Positions 47,162-57,194 of a DNA stretch of 61,785 nucleotides are shown here, piece after piece; position 1 is the stretch's first letter, and each line of letters starts with the position of its first letter. This stretch comes from Patescibacteria group bacterium. Lineage in GTDB: Bacteria; Patescibacteriota; Minisyncoccia; Phycocordibacterales; UBA1550. Location: NCBI GenBank assembly GCA_038061275.1, contig JBBTZQ010000018.1:1-61785 (forward strand), given 5' to 3'. The notes beneath the pieces are model-generated. The model saw nothing but the letters and a program-made list of their open reading frames with translations. It was not told the origin of the DNA and did not search any database. Position numbers and translations under genes: made by a program.

Positions 47162-48217
47162 ATGCCAATTGATGTTGTTAAAATATTTGTTCCTACGGTT
47201 GGAGCGTTTATTATCGGAATCGCCCTTACGCCTATTTTGACAGATTTTCTCTATCGTAAGAAGATGTGGAAGAAAACGAGCGTCAAAAAGACCGTGGATG
47301 GAAAGGAAGCAACGATTACGAGTGCCCTTCACAATGACGAAGAACGAAAGACGCCACGCATGGGAGGCATTGTCATTTGGGGCTCGGTAACGATAACAAT
47401 TTCGTTATTTTTCATACTTTCATTATTGTTCCCGCAAAGTATTTTTTCAAAACTTTCATTTCTTTCACAAAATCAAACTTGGCTTCCTCTTTTCACTCTC
47501 TTGCTTGGAGGAATGTTCGGGCTTATCGATGACTATTTAGTATGTCGTGAAAAAGGCACGTACGATGGTGGGGGATTGTCACTTCGGACTCGACTCTTAT
47601 TTGTATTCTTCTTAGGACTTGCGGGAGCGTGGTGGTTCTATGTCAAGCTCGGCATGGACAGTATTCACGTTCCTTTTGTTGGCGACATTCATCTTGGGTT
47701 GTTCTTCATTCCGCTCTTTATCGGGGTGATTATACTTATGTATTCTGGTGGAATTATTGATGGCATCGACGGGCTTTCGGGGGGAGTTTTTGCGGCTATC
47801 TTTTCTGCTTATGCAGTAATAGCATTTGCGCAGAACCAGATTGACCTCGCAGCGTTTTCAAGCGTCGTCGTCGGGGGAATCCTCGCTTTTCTCTGGTTCA
47901 ACATACCGCCCGCAAGATTTTTTAACTCCGAGACAGGAACTATGGCTCTCACTACATCTCTTACCGTTGTGGCGTTTCTTACTAAGGCAGTCTTCGTGCT
48001 TCCCATCATCGCATTCCTTCTTATTGTTACAAGCTTCTCAACCATTATTCAGATACTCTCAAAAAAATACCGAAATGGAAAAAAAGTCTTTCTCGTCGCT
48101 CCACTTCATAATCATTTTCAAGCGAAAGGATGGCCTCCTTATAAAGTTACTATGCGATATTGGGTTCTGTCAGTCGTGTTTGCAATTATTGGAACCATAA
48201 TTGCTCTTGTGGGCTAA
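47162..48217 (+). CDS. mraY: phospho-N-acetylmuramoyl-pentapeptide-transferase
   Basis: ..KKTPRMGGI.., ..GLIDDY.., ..IDGIDGLSGG.., ..APLHHHF-like APLHNHFQ.. Confidence 0.95.
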   Translation: MPIDVVKIFVPTVGAFIIGIALTPILTDFLYRKKMWKKTSVKKTVDGKEATITSALHNDEERKTPRMGGIVIWGSVTITISLFFILSLLFPQSIFSKLSFLSQNQTWLPLFTLLLGGMFGLIDDYLVCREKGTYDGGGLSLRTRLLFVFFLGLAGAWWFYVKLGMDSIHVPFVGDIHLGLFFIPLFIGVIILMYSGGIIDGIDGLSGGVFAAIFSAYAVIAFAQNQIDLAAFSSVVVGGILAFLWFNIPPARFFNSETGTMALTTSLTVVAFLTKAVFVLPIIAFLLIVTSFSTIIQILSKKYRNGKKVFLVAPLHNHFQAKGWPPYKVTMRYWVLSVVFAIIGTIIALVG

Positions 48218-48221
48218 CGAA

Positions 48222-49334
48222 ATGAAGACAAAAAGAGTAGACAAAGTTTTTCTCGGACTCTCAGTTCTTCTTGTCTCTACCGGACTTTTTGTTTTCACAT
48301 CTGCGTCATTCGGACTCATCTTCAGAAAAGGATTTACTCTCTGGGATGTCTTTTTTGACCAGTTCGTATTAGGCCTCATGCTCGGACTCATTGCGCTCAT
48401 ACTCGTACTCTATCTTCCTCTGAAATTGCTCCGAACGTATGCCCTCTATATTTTTATCGCGTCACTAGCACTCACGCTCCTTGTGTTTGTCCCGGGGATT
48501 GGTGTAGAAAGCGGGGGAGCGAAGCGATGGATATTTATTGGTTCTATCTCATTTCAACCTGCGGAAGCTCTCAAGCTCGCCACCATTATATATTTAGCTG
48601 CGCTTCTCCCACTCTTTAAGGACCGTATCATGAATATGAAATACGCCTATGGCATTTTGGGCGGAGTTCTGGCGCTCCCAGCAATCATCTTGCTTGCTCA
48701 GCCGAATACAAGCACGCTCGCGATTTTGTTTGTCGCGGTTTGCGCGATGCTACTTTCTGCAGGAATGAAAATTCGCCATTTCTTAATTCTATTTCTTGTC
48801 GCGATCCTAGCTCTCGGCGTTATTGCTACCGTAAGACCGTATGTTAAAGAGCGTGTGCTCACCTTTCTTGATGCATCTCACGATCCACAGGGCGCAAGCT
48901 ATCAAATTCAAAAATCTCTAATAGCGATAGGGTCTGGAGGTATTACGGGTAGAGGATTTGGTCAAAGCATTCAAAAGTTCGGCTCTCTTCCTGAGCCTAC
49001 AGGGGACTCGATCTTTGCGGTCATGGGCGAAGAATTCGGATTTATTGGAGGTGCAGGAATCATCGTCATTTTCCTCCTGTTCGCCATCAGAGGACTTCAA
49101 ATAGCGCGGAGAGCCCAAGATTCATTTAGTGGACTTTTAGCAGTCGGAATTGTTATACTCATCATAACGCAATCGTTTACGAATATTGCGGCAATGCTCG
49201 CCATCGTGCCACTTACCGGAGTTCCGCTTGTCTTTGTAAGTCACGGCGGCACAGCGCTTTTTTTCGCACTTTTGGAAATTGGTATCTTGCTCAATATCTC
49301 AAAGCTTGCTGTTCATAAAAAAATATCCTCATGA
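48222..49334 (+). CDS. ftsW: SEDS family peptidoglycan glycosyltransferase (FtsW/RodA)
   Basis: ..GAKRWIFIGSISFQPAE.LK.., ..LPEPTGDSIFAVMGEEFGFIG.., ..VPLTGVPLVFVSHGG.. ATG at 48222 lies 4 nt after the mraY stop. Confidence 0.85.
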   Translation: MKTKRVDKVFLGLSVLLVSTGLFVFTSASFGLIFRKGFTLWDVFFDQFVLGLMLGLIALILVLYLPLKLLRTYALYIFIASLALTLLVFVPGIGVESGGAKRWIFIGSISFQPAEALKLATIIYLAALLPLFKDRIMNMKYAYGILGGVLALPAIILLAQPNTSTLAILFVAVCAMLLSAGMKIRHFLILFLVAILALGVIATVRPYVKERVLTFLDASHDPQGASYQIQKSLIAIGSGGITGRGFGQSIQKFGSLPEPTGDSIFAVMGEEFGFIGGAGIIVIFLLFAIRGLQIARRAQDSFSGLLAVGIVILIITQSFTNIAAMLAIVPLTGVPLVFVSHGGTALFFALLEIGILLNISKLAVHKKISS

Positions 49335-50458
49335 AAATACTTTTTACAGGCGGTGGCAGTGGCGGACACTTTTATCCCATCATTGCGGTTGCACAAAAAT
49401 TAAAAATATTACTCGACAAAGAAAAGATACCTAATGTGAAGTTTTTCTTCATGTCTACCGACCCCTACAATGCGGAAGTGCTGTCTGATAATGAAATAGA
49501 GTTCAAGCGGGTAACCGCGGGGAAGGTTCGTACTTATTCTTCTTTTGAAAATATTACCGATGCTTTTAAAACGGTTTGGGGTATTATCAAAGCATTCTTT
49601 CAAATATTCAGCCTCTATCCCGACATCATTTTTAGTAAGGGCGGATTCGCAAGTTTCCCCACGCTTGTTGCCGCACGATTTTTTCGTATTCCCGTCATTA
49701 TTCATGAGTCTGACTCTGTGCCGGGGCGTGTTAATTTATGGGCTGGGAAATTTGCTCAAAAGATTGCTATATCATATCCTGAAGCTGTGTCGTTCTTCCC
49801 AGAGAACAAAGTTGCTCTTACGGGGAACCCGATTCGACATGAGCTCATTAATTCTTCAGGAAAGAATGCATGGAATGAATTAAAATTGGATTCTAGCATC
49901 CCCGTCATACTCATTCTTGGAGGATCTCTCGGTTCACAAAAAATAAATGATCAGTTCGTGACACTCTCGGCACGTCTCGTGGAAAAATATCAAATCATTC
50001 ACCAAACAGGCGAGAGAAATTTTGATGAAGTTAATTCTTTGATAGCAGGTCTTCTTGGAGGCAATCCGAATGCCGCTCGTTATCATGTATTTCCGTACCT
50101 CGATCCAGAGAAATTAAAACTTGCTTTTGAAGCCGCCACGATTGTAATATCCCGCTCTGGTTCCTCGGTTTTTGAAATAGCAGCAAATCAAGTGCCTGCA
50201 ATCCTTATTCCTATAACAGAATCAAACGGCGACCATCAGCGAAAAAATGCATTTGCGTATGCCCGCGCCGGCGGAGCAAGCGTGGTCGAAGAGGCTAACC
50301 TAGCGCCGAATCTTCTCATGCTTGAGATTGAGCACCTCTTGGAAGACAAGGGGCGACGTAACGCAATGAAAGAATCGGCAAAGAATTTTGCGCGTACGGA
50401 CGCTGCAGAAAAAATAGCGGAACAAATAGTCGCAGTTCTTCTACGACACCAAATATAA
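49331..50458 (+). CDS. murG: UDP-N-acetylglucosamine--N-acetylmuramyl-(pentapeptide) pyrophosphoryl-undecaprenol GlcNAc transferase
   Basis: MKILFTGGGSGGHFYP.. and ..ISRSGSSVFEIAA...P.ILIP....GDHQ..NA.. Confidence 0.9.
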   Translation: MKILFTGGGSGGHFYPIIAVAQKLKILLDKEKIPNVKFFFMSTDPYNAEVLSDNEIEFKRVTAGKVRTYSSFENITDAFKTVWGIIKAFFQIFSLYPDIIFSKGGFASFPTLVAARFFRIPVIIHESDSVPGRVNLWAGKFAQKIAISYPEAVSFFPENKVALTGNPIRHELINSSGKNAWNELKLDSSIPVILILGGSLGSQKINDQFVTLSARLVEKYQIIHQTGERNFDEVNSLIAGLLGGNPNAARYHVFPYLDPEKLKLAFEAATIVISRSGSSVFEIAANQVPAILIPITESNGDHQRKNAFAYARAGGASVVEEANLAPNLLMLEIEHLLEDKGRRNAMKESAKNFARTDAAEKIAEQIVAVLLRHQI

Positions 50459-50464
50459 AAATAT

Positions 50465-51820
50465 ATGTCGCAAGATACCAAAAACGTAGTAACGCGCTTT
50501 GCCCCGTCACCAACGGGGGTTCTTCATATCGGTTCTGTTCGCACGGCACTGTATTCCTGGCTTTATGCACGGCAAAACAAAGGTAAGTTCATTCTTCGCA
50601 TTGAAGATACTGACAAGGAGCGTTCAAAGAAGGAGTATGAGGAAAATATTCTCGATGGCCTTTCATGGCTGGGAATTACGCACGATGAATTTTATCGCCA
50701 ATCTGAGCGCGGTGATGTATACAAAAGGCACCTTGAAAAACTTATTGCTGATGGCGTAGCGTATGTTTCAAAAGAAGAACCTGCTCTGGAAGGTCAGCGT
50801 AGCACGGTCATACGTTTCAAAAACCCAGGGCGTACGGTGACTTTTCGTGATGAGGCAAGGGGCGATATTTCTTTCGATACAACAGAGCTCGGCGACTTTG
50901 TAATTGCAAAAGACTTCGAGTCCCCGCTCTATCATTTTGCTGTTGTCGTGGACGACTTTGAGATGGGTGTCACGCACATCATTCGTGGTGATGACGCTAT
51001 TTCGAATACACCGCGACAAATTCTTATTCAAGAAGCTATTGGCGCGCCACGCCCCATTTACGCGCATTTGCCGATGATTCTTGCTCCTGATAAATCAAAG
51101 CTCTCCAAGAGACACGGTGCTTTAGCGGTGACAGAGTATCGAGAAGAAGGATACTTGCCGGAGGCAATTCTTAACTTTGTTGCGCTCATGGGATGGAATC
51201 CGGGGAATGACCAAGAGATTATTTCTCTTGATGAGATGATAAAACTTTTTACTCTTGAAAAGATTCAAAAAGGCGGAGCGGTTTTTAATATTGATAAATT
51301 GAAGTGGCTTAATAAGCACTATTTGAAACTCTTTTCCCTTGAAAAGGCGGGAGAGGAGATTCTCGCGAGATTTCCTGAAACGTTGAAAATAAAAGCACAC
51401 AGCGAGGCTAAGATTTTTAAAAAAATAGTGCCCATTATCATTGACCATATTACAAGCTTCGGAGAGGTACGTGCTCTTGCGGAGGCGGGGGAGTATGAAT
51501 ATTTTTTTGAAGACCCTGCATATCTAAAAGAGAAGCTCTTGTGGAAAGACGAGCAAGATAGCGAGGTTGCAATACAAAAATTAAAGAAGATCGCCTTACT
51601 TATTAGCAATATTGATGACGTGCTTTTTGCATCGGAAGCAATCAAGAGTGCTGTATGGGACTATGCAACTGAAGCGGGGAGGGGAAGTGTCTTGTGGCCT
51701 ATGCGGTATGCTTTATCTGGACGCGATAAGTCTCCCGATCCATTCACACTAGCAGATATTTTGGGCAAAGAAACAACTATTCGTCGTATCAATAGTGCAA
51801 TAAAGACTTTAGAAGAGTAA
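50465..51820 (+). CDS. gltX: glutamate--tRNA ligase
   Basis: ..RFAPSPTGVLHIGSVRTAL.. (HIGH), ..IEDTD..R.., ..KLSKRHG.. (KMSKS). Confidence 0.95.
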   Translation: MSQDTKNVVTRFAPSPTGVLHIGSVRTALYSWLYARQNKGKFILRIEDTDKERSKKEYEENILDGLSWLGITHDEFYRQSERGDVYKRHLEKLIADGVAYVSKEEPALEGQRSTVIRFKNPGRTVTFRDEARGDISFDTTELGDFVIAKDFESPLYHFAVVVDDFEMGVTHIIRGDDAISNTPRQILIQEAIGAPRPIYAHLPMILAPDKSKLSKRHGALAVTEYREEGYLPEAILNFVALMGWNPGNDQEIISLDEMIKLFTLEKIQKGGAVFNIDKLKWLNKHYLKLFSLEKAGEEILARFPETLKIKAHSEAKIFKKIVPIIIDHITSFGEVRALAEAGEYEYFFEDPAYLKEKLLWKDEQDSEVAIQKLKKIALLISNIDDVLFASEAIKSAVWDYATEAGRGSVLWPMRYALSGRDKSPDPFTLADILGKETTIRRINSAIKTLEE

Positions 51821-51838
51821 AGTTTTTGCGAATAAAAT

Positions 51839-53119
51839 ATGCGTAATTTTATACTTGTATTATCAATAATCTTTGTCGGAATCTTCGGCATATTTTATAC
51901 TAATGCTTTTATATACGCCCAAACGGCTGATGAACTTAGAAAGAGTATTTCGGACAAAACCGCAGAAATTCAGAAAATCGAAGCAGAAATTGTTCGATAC
52001 AAAGATGACTTGAATAAAATAGCTTCTCTTAAGAAAAACCTCAACAACTTAATTGCCGAGCTGGAATTGACCCGTAAAAAGCTTGATGCGGAGATACGAG
52101 TCACCACGGGCAAAGTAGACACAACTGATTTAAAGATTCGACAGCTTAACTCAGACATTTCTCGCAAACAATCGGAACTTGAGGCTCGTCACGCGGCTCT
52201 TATTGAATCACTTCGTTTAATTAATGAACGAGACAAGCTTTCGTTGTCTGAAATTGCAGCATCGAACGATGGATATTCAGGCTTTTGGGATGATCTTGCT
52301 ACCCTCGATCAATTTAACAATTCTATACGCGACAATATTGCCGTCATTGAGAATGTAAAAACGAAGCTTGAGCAAACCCACAAAACGAAAGAGGTAGAAA
52401 AAAAGACGCTCCTCAGTCTTAAAAGTGAGTTAGCAGATAGAAAGAAAATTGCTGAAGATACTAAGAAGAAAAATTTGGCGCTCTTAACGCAGACAAAAAA
52501 AGACGAATCAACATACGCAAAACTTTTAAAACAAAAAGAGGCGCAAAAAGAGGCGTTTGAAAAGGAATTGCGTGATTACGAATCAACACTCAAGTTTATT
52601 CTCGATCCAACTTCGATTCCTCCTCGCGGCGTGAATATATTTTCGTCTCCTTTGGGCAATATTTCGATAACTCAACAATTTGGAAGAACAAGCGATTCTC
52701 GCCGTCTCTATGCATCAGGCACGCACAATGGCACAGATTTTCGTGCAAGTGTTGGAACTCCCATTAAGTCTGTTTTAGATGGGGTAGTTTCAGACACCGG
52801 CAACACAGATCAATTCCCCGGGTGCTACTCATACGGAAAGTGGGTCTTGGTAAAACATTCCAATGGCCTCTCTACTTTATACGCACATCTTTCGCTCATT
52901 AAAGTTTCAAAAGGACAATCCGTGACTACGGGAGAGCTTCTTGGTTATAGTGGCAATACTGGATACAGTACAGGACCGCACCTACACCTCACGGTCTTCG
53001 TGAGCGAGGCTGTTCAAATTATTCGCCTCGGAGATGTGAAAAAGGGGACACCGTGCGCAAATGCGCCAGTGCCTATTGCTGCGACAAACGCATACCTCGA
53101 CCCAATGGATTATTTGTAA
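51839..53119 (+). CDS. M23 family metallopeptidase with long N-terminal coiled coil (EnvC-like)
   Basis: Signal/TM, about 250-aa coiled coil, then ..HNGTDFRA..GTPI.. and ..GNTGYSTGPHLHLTV.. M23 motifs. Confidence 0.85.
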   Translation: MRNFILVLSIIFVGIFGIFYTNAFIYAQTADELRKSISDKTAEIQKIEAEIVRYKDDLNKIASLKKNLNNLIAELELTRKKLDAEIRVTTGKVDTTDLKIRQLNSDISRKQSELEARHAALIESLRLINERDKLSLSEIAASNDGYSGFWDDLATLDQFNNSIRDNIAVIENVKTKLEQTHKTKEVEKKTLLSLKSELADRKKIAEDTKKKNLALLTQTKKDESTYAKLLKQKEAQKEAFEKELRDYESTLKFILDPTSIPPRGVNIFSSPLGNISITQQFGRTSDSRRLYASGTHNGTDFRASVGTPIKSVLDGVVSDTGNTDQFPGCYSYGKWVLVKHSNGLSTLYAHLSLIKVSKGQSVTTGELLGYSGNTGYSTGPHLHLTVFVSEAVQIIRLGDVKKGTPCANAPVPIAATNAYLDPMDYL

Positions 53120-53140
53120 AAAATACTATATACTTTCGTA

Positions 53141-53365
53141 ATGGTAAAACGACAGAGAAAAGAAGGTGGTTTGATAGAAATTATTGTAATAGTCCTTATT
53201 GCCATAGCTCTTCTGGCATATTTTAATGTCGATGTGAGGACTGCTGGAGACAGCATTTTTGTGTTTTTAGGAAAAGTTTGGATTATCATCAAGGGCGCAT
53301 GGATTCAGTATCTAGCACCCTTAGGTACATATCTTTGGATGAGCATCACAGGACTGTTTAATTAA
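53141..53365 (+). CDS. hypothetical small membrane protein
   Basis: 74-aa ORF with two hydrophobic helices. No motif. Confidence 0.35.
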   Translation: MVKRQRKEGGLIEIIVIVLIAIALLAYFNVDVRTAGDSIFVFLGKVWIIIKGAWIQYLAPLGTYLWMSITGLFN

Positions 53366-53407
53366 ACGCGGAGCTTATTAAGTTTTATTAAAAGAAAAAT
53401 ATACGAA

Positions 53408-56185
53408 ATGAACGGGAAAAAATATTCAATATGGATTGTTTGGGGACTCTTACTTATCGCTATTAGTTTATTTTCGACAATCATCGCATTCTTTGCCGAT
53501 TTATGGTGGTTTAGGGAGGTTGGATATACAGAGATTTTCTTAACAGCAATTTCGATGAAGTTTCTCATCGGAGCTTCGGTGGCTGTTTTCTCATTTCTGT
53601 TTCTCTATATAAACATCGTCATTGCAACGAAAGCGAAAACTTCATGGTTTATGGTGCTTCCTGAAGGCATGTTTGGTCAGCCAGTCAGTCTTAGTAATAG
53701 TATGACGAGAAAAGTTGGTGCGGTCATAGCACTTGTTGTTGCAGTGTTTCTTGGGCTTGTTGCTGCTTCAGGATGGCAGGATGTCCTAAAATTTTTAAAC
53801 GCTACGCCGTTCGGAACAACTGACCCAATCTTTGGAAGAGATATTTCATTCTATGTTTTTTCGCTTCCAGTCATTACGTTCGTGTTGGGTATTTTGAAAA
53901 CTATTATCATCGCAGCGCTCATGCTTGTCGGCGGCATTTATATTTTCCGCGGATTGCTCAGCCTTGCGACATTTGTGGGAAATCTTTTTGGCGCTCGCCA
54001 ACGTCCAGCACATCATTTTTCTCAAGAGATTGACCACGAGGATGTTGCGCCAAAAGCGCGGTTTCATACGGCCACTTTATTGTTTGCCCTCCTATTTGTT
54101 ATTGCAGTCAGCACGTACTACTCGTTATTTAAGCTTCTTACAGGGCAAACAATAGGACAATTGAGCGGTTCTGCGTTCACAGGTGTGAATGTTATGGTCC
54201 CGCTTATATGGATGTCCATCTTCGCGCTCATGGTCTCCGCAATCGCCGTTCTTTATTGGGGAAGAACCGGAAGAGCAAAATTTTTCATAGGAGCTATGAT
54301 TATTTATTTCCTCGTAGGATTTGCTACGAGTATCATTCCATCATTATTTCAAAAGCTTGTAGTAGCTCCAAACGAGCTTGTCAAAGAAACGCCTTACATT
54401 GAACACAATATTGAAGCGACTCGAGATGCATACGGCCTCGATGCTATTGAAGAGAGGGAAATATCTGGAGACAAGCCTCTTACGCAAGCTGACATTGCAA
54501 ACAATAATTTGACGATAAAAAATGTGCGTCTCTGGGAACGCACCCCGCTCTTGTCTACATTTTCTCAGCTTCAGGAGATAAGAACGTATTATGAATTTGC
54601 GTCTGTAGATAACGACCGATACATGATTAATGGCGAGATACGACAGGTCATGTTGAGCCCGCGAGAACTTTCATCAGAGAGTTTGCCCAACAGAAATTGG
54701 ATCAACGAGCGACTGACATTCACACACGGTTATGGAGTCGCTCTCGGACCTGTTAATCAAGTGACAAAAGAAGGTTTGCCAGTATTGTTTGTAAAAGATC
54801 TTCCTCCGCAGTCTAGCGTGAAGGAGCTTAAGATTGATCGTCCGGAAATTTACTACGGAGAACTTCCTAATGATTACGTCTTCACTAATACGAAATCAAA
54901 AGAATTTGATTATCCAAAAGGGGAGGAGAACGTCTACAGCGTCTATGCGGGAAATGGGGGAGTTGAGATTAACTCTTTCACAAAAAGAGTTCTGTACGCT
55001 ATACACTTTAGGTCGCTTAAGTTGATTCTTTCCAACGACATCACCGAGGAAAGTAAGATTCTGTATCGCAGAAACATTGTAGAGCGAGCCTCGCTGATAG
55101 CTCCATTTTTGACTTTTGACCGTGACCCATATTCGGTCATTGTTGATGGAAAAATATACTGGGTTCTCGACGCGTACACGACGAGCAATCTCTACCCATA
55201 CTCACAAGTAAGCACACTCGGAAGCAAGAAAGTAAACTACATTAGAAATTCTGTAAAAGTTATCATTGATGCATATGATGGTAAAACGACACTCTATCTT
55301 GCGGATACAGAAGATCCTATTATAAAAACTTACAGTAAGATTTTTCCTAATTCCTTCCGCCCGATTACTGAGATGCCAAAGAATCTTGCTTCTCACATGA
55401 GATACCCTGAGGATATCTTTGCGTTACAGTCAGGAATCTATACGACATACCACATGACCGATCCTCAAATCTTTTACAATAAGGAGGACCAGTGGGAAGT
55501 TCCGGTAATCCCTGGAGATGGGGCACAGAACGGCACGCTGAAGAATTCAGCTATGACACCGCGCCACATGGTCATGAAGCTACCAGGTGAAAAGTCTGAG
55601 GAGTATGTACTCATGCTCCCATTTACACCGCGCGCAAAGGACAACTTGTCAGCGTGGATGGTTGCCAAAAATGACGGAGAAAATTACGGAAAGCTTGTCG
55701 TATATCGATTCCCAAAACAGAAACTTATTTTCGGACCAAAGCAAGTTATTGGACGCATTAACCAAGACGCTGAGGTAAGCCGTCAGATATCTCTTTGGGA
55801 TCAACGAGGGTCACAGGTCATCCAAGGTTCGCTGTTGGTCATTCCAATTGAGGAATCACTCATCTATGTTAGACCACTGTACCTTAAGGCGCAGGATGGG
55901 AAAATCCCTGAGTTAAAGCGAGTTCTAGTCTCATATGGTAATAAGGTAGCTATGGAGGAGACACTTGAGGCTGGACTTGCGAGAATCTTTGGAGGCACGA
56001 TGCCAGTAGCTTATAGTGATGCAGGAGCAGTAGAAACTGGAGGAACAAGCGCTCGTACGAATGAAATGATTTCGCAGGCTGAGCAAGCATATCAAGCGGC
56101 AATCAACGCACAGCAAAACGGCGACTGGGCTCGCTACGGGGAAGAAATAAAAAAGCTCGGTGATATTCTCAAGAATCTGAGATAA
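53408..56185 (+). CDS. UPF0182 family large membrane protein
   Basis: 925 aa with about 7 N-terminal TM helices. ..YW.LDAYTTSN.YPYSQ.. and ..ISLWDQRGSQVIQGSLLVIPIEESLIYVRPLYL.. match my recollection of UPF0182/COG1615. Confidence 0.75.
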   Translation: MNGKKYSIWIVWGLLLIAISLFSTIIAFFADLWWFREVGYTEIFLTAISMKFLIGASVAVFSFLFLYINIVIATKAKTSWFMVLPEGMFGQPVSLSNSMTRKVGAVIALVVAVFLGLVAASGWQDVLKFLNATPFGTTDPIFGRDISFYVFSLPVITFVLGILKTIIIAALMLVGGIYIFRGLLSLATFVGNLFGARQRPAHHFSQEIDHEDVAPKARFHTATLLFALLFVIAVSTYYSLFKLLTGQTIGQLSGSAFTGVNVMVPLIWMSIFALMVSAIAVLYWGRTGRAKFFIGAMIIYFLVGFATSIIPSLFQKLVVAPNELVKETPYIEHNIEATRDAYGLDAIEEREISGDKPLTQADIANNNLTIKNVRLWERTPLLSTFSQLQEIRTYYEFASVDNDRYMINGEIRQVMLSPRELSSESLPNRNWINERLTFTHGYGVALGPVNQVTKEGLPVLFVKDLPPQSSVKELKIDRPEIYYGELPNDYVFTNTKSKEFDYPKGEENVYSVYAGNGGVEINSFTKRVLYAIHFRSLKLILSNDITEESKILYRRNIVERASLIAPFLTFDRDPYSVIVDGKIYWVLDAYTTSNLYPYSQVSTLGSKKVNYIRNSVKVIIDAYDGKTTLYLADTEDPIIKTYSKIFPNSFRPITEMPKNLASHMRYPEDIFALQSGIYTTYHMTDPQIFYNKEDQWEVPVIPGDGAQNGTLKNSAMTPRHMVMKLPGEKSEEYVLMLPFTPRAKDNLSAWMVAKNDGENYGKLVVYRFPKQKLIFGPKQVIGRINQDAEVSRQISLWDQRGSQVIQGSLLVIPIEESLIYVRPLYLKAQDGKIPELKRVLVSYGNKVAMEETLEAGLARIFGGTMPVAYSDAGAVETGGTSARTNEMISQAEQAYQAAINAQQNGDWARYGEEIKKLGDILKNLR

Positions 56186-56210
56186 TATCAAAAATAGGCA
56201 AAAGGGCAGT

Positions 56211-56241
56211 AAAGGCCAGGATCTTAAGGATTCTGGCCTTT
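56211..56241 (+). terminator. terminator hairpin after UPF0182 gene
   Basis: aaaggccaggatc ttaag gattctggccttt (13-bp stem, one G-U). Confidence 0.6.
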
Positions 56242-56344
56242 ATGCTATATAAGCCATATTCCATTATGTGTATGTCGCAAAAGATATATTTTGCGACATA
56301 CGTATATACAACTCCCCCATATAAAATAGTGCTGCTATGCGCTC

Positions 56345-56388
56345 ATATAAAATATAAATAAAATGCCGTACGATTTCTCGTACGGCAT
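56345..56388 (-). terminator. rho-independent terminator of 56415..57011 gene
   Basis: atgccgtacg atttct cgtacggcat. The minus strand continues tttatttatatttt. Confidence 0.8.
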
Positions 56389-56414
56389 GTTCCTCTAATC
56401 AAAACTCACTACAT

Positions 56415-57011
56415 TTATGTTGCTAATCTTAGGATGGCTCTTTCGACGTCCATTCCTTCCTTAACCTTGCACGCATCTTCGTAAAGTCTCTTACGACGAG
56501 AAACCCATTCATCGACAGTAATGTCGAAGTATGTCTGGATCAGATTTACTTCAATTTTCATTTCTTCAAGAATTGTTGATAGATCTGTACGAATTACCTG
56601 AACAATTTCGGCCCTCTCGTACTTGTCCAAACGATCAGTTCTTTCCTCCTTGAGATAAGTTATTTTAATGAGCAACCAGGATTCATGGTCGATTCCAAAA
56701 GCGAAACGTCTGTTACCATTTTGCTGGCTAAAGTTATTGCCAGCATAAAGACCTCGTGAGTCTAAGTTGAACTGGTTATCAATGCTGGTAACTCGTGGGG
56801 TATCATTATACAGATCATGATAAAATAGATTACCTGAGTCCATACAGGTTAGTTGCCCGATTGTATTCATGGAAAATGTTTTCATGCACCTGACGAGAAT
56901 CTCACGACGGTATTCAAGTACTTGCAACTGTTGTTCCCTTGTAAGTTTCTTACCTTCCAAAAGTTCCTTAAGCACAGCACTTGCTGGTGCTGATTTTGGT
57001 TTTTCAAACAT
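56415..57011 (-). CDS. hypothetical protein (no recognisable domain)
   Basis: 198-aa ORF with AAGGAGG SD, its own promoter-like hexamers and its own terminator. Confidence 0.5.
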   Translation of the reverse strand: MFEKPKSAPASAVLKELLEGKKLTREQQLQVLEYRREILVRCMKTFSMNTIGQLTCMDSGNLFYHDLYNDTPRVTSIDNQFNLDSRGLYAGNNFSQQNGNRRFAFGIDHESWLLIKITYLKEERTDRLDKYERAEIVQVIRTDLSTILEEMKIEVNLIQTYFDITVDEWVSRRKRLYEDACKVKEGMDVERAILRLAT

Positions 57012-57135
57012 GGGCGTACCCTCCTTTTCAATTTAGAGGGGCGTACCCCTCGGAGTTCTACTGTAGCATTTATATGACATTTATCAAACCATCCGTACTA
57101 CTTTTGAGAATGAATCCCTGCGTAGTTCTTTCGCT

Positions 57136-57174
57136 GTATAAAAAGACAGGCGACCCAGAAATTAGGTCGCCTGT
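57136..57174 (-). terminator. rho-independent terminator of 57195..57782 gene
   Basis: acaggcgacc cagaaatta ggtcgcctgt. The minus strand continues cttttta. Confidence 0.7.
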
Positions 57175-57194
57175 GAATATTAAGAGTAACGTTC

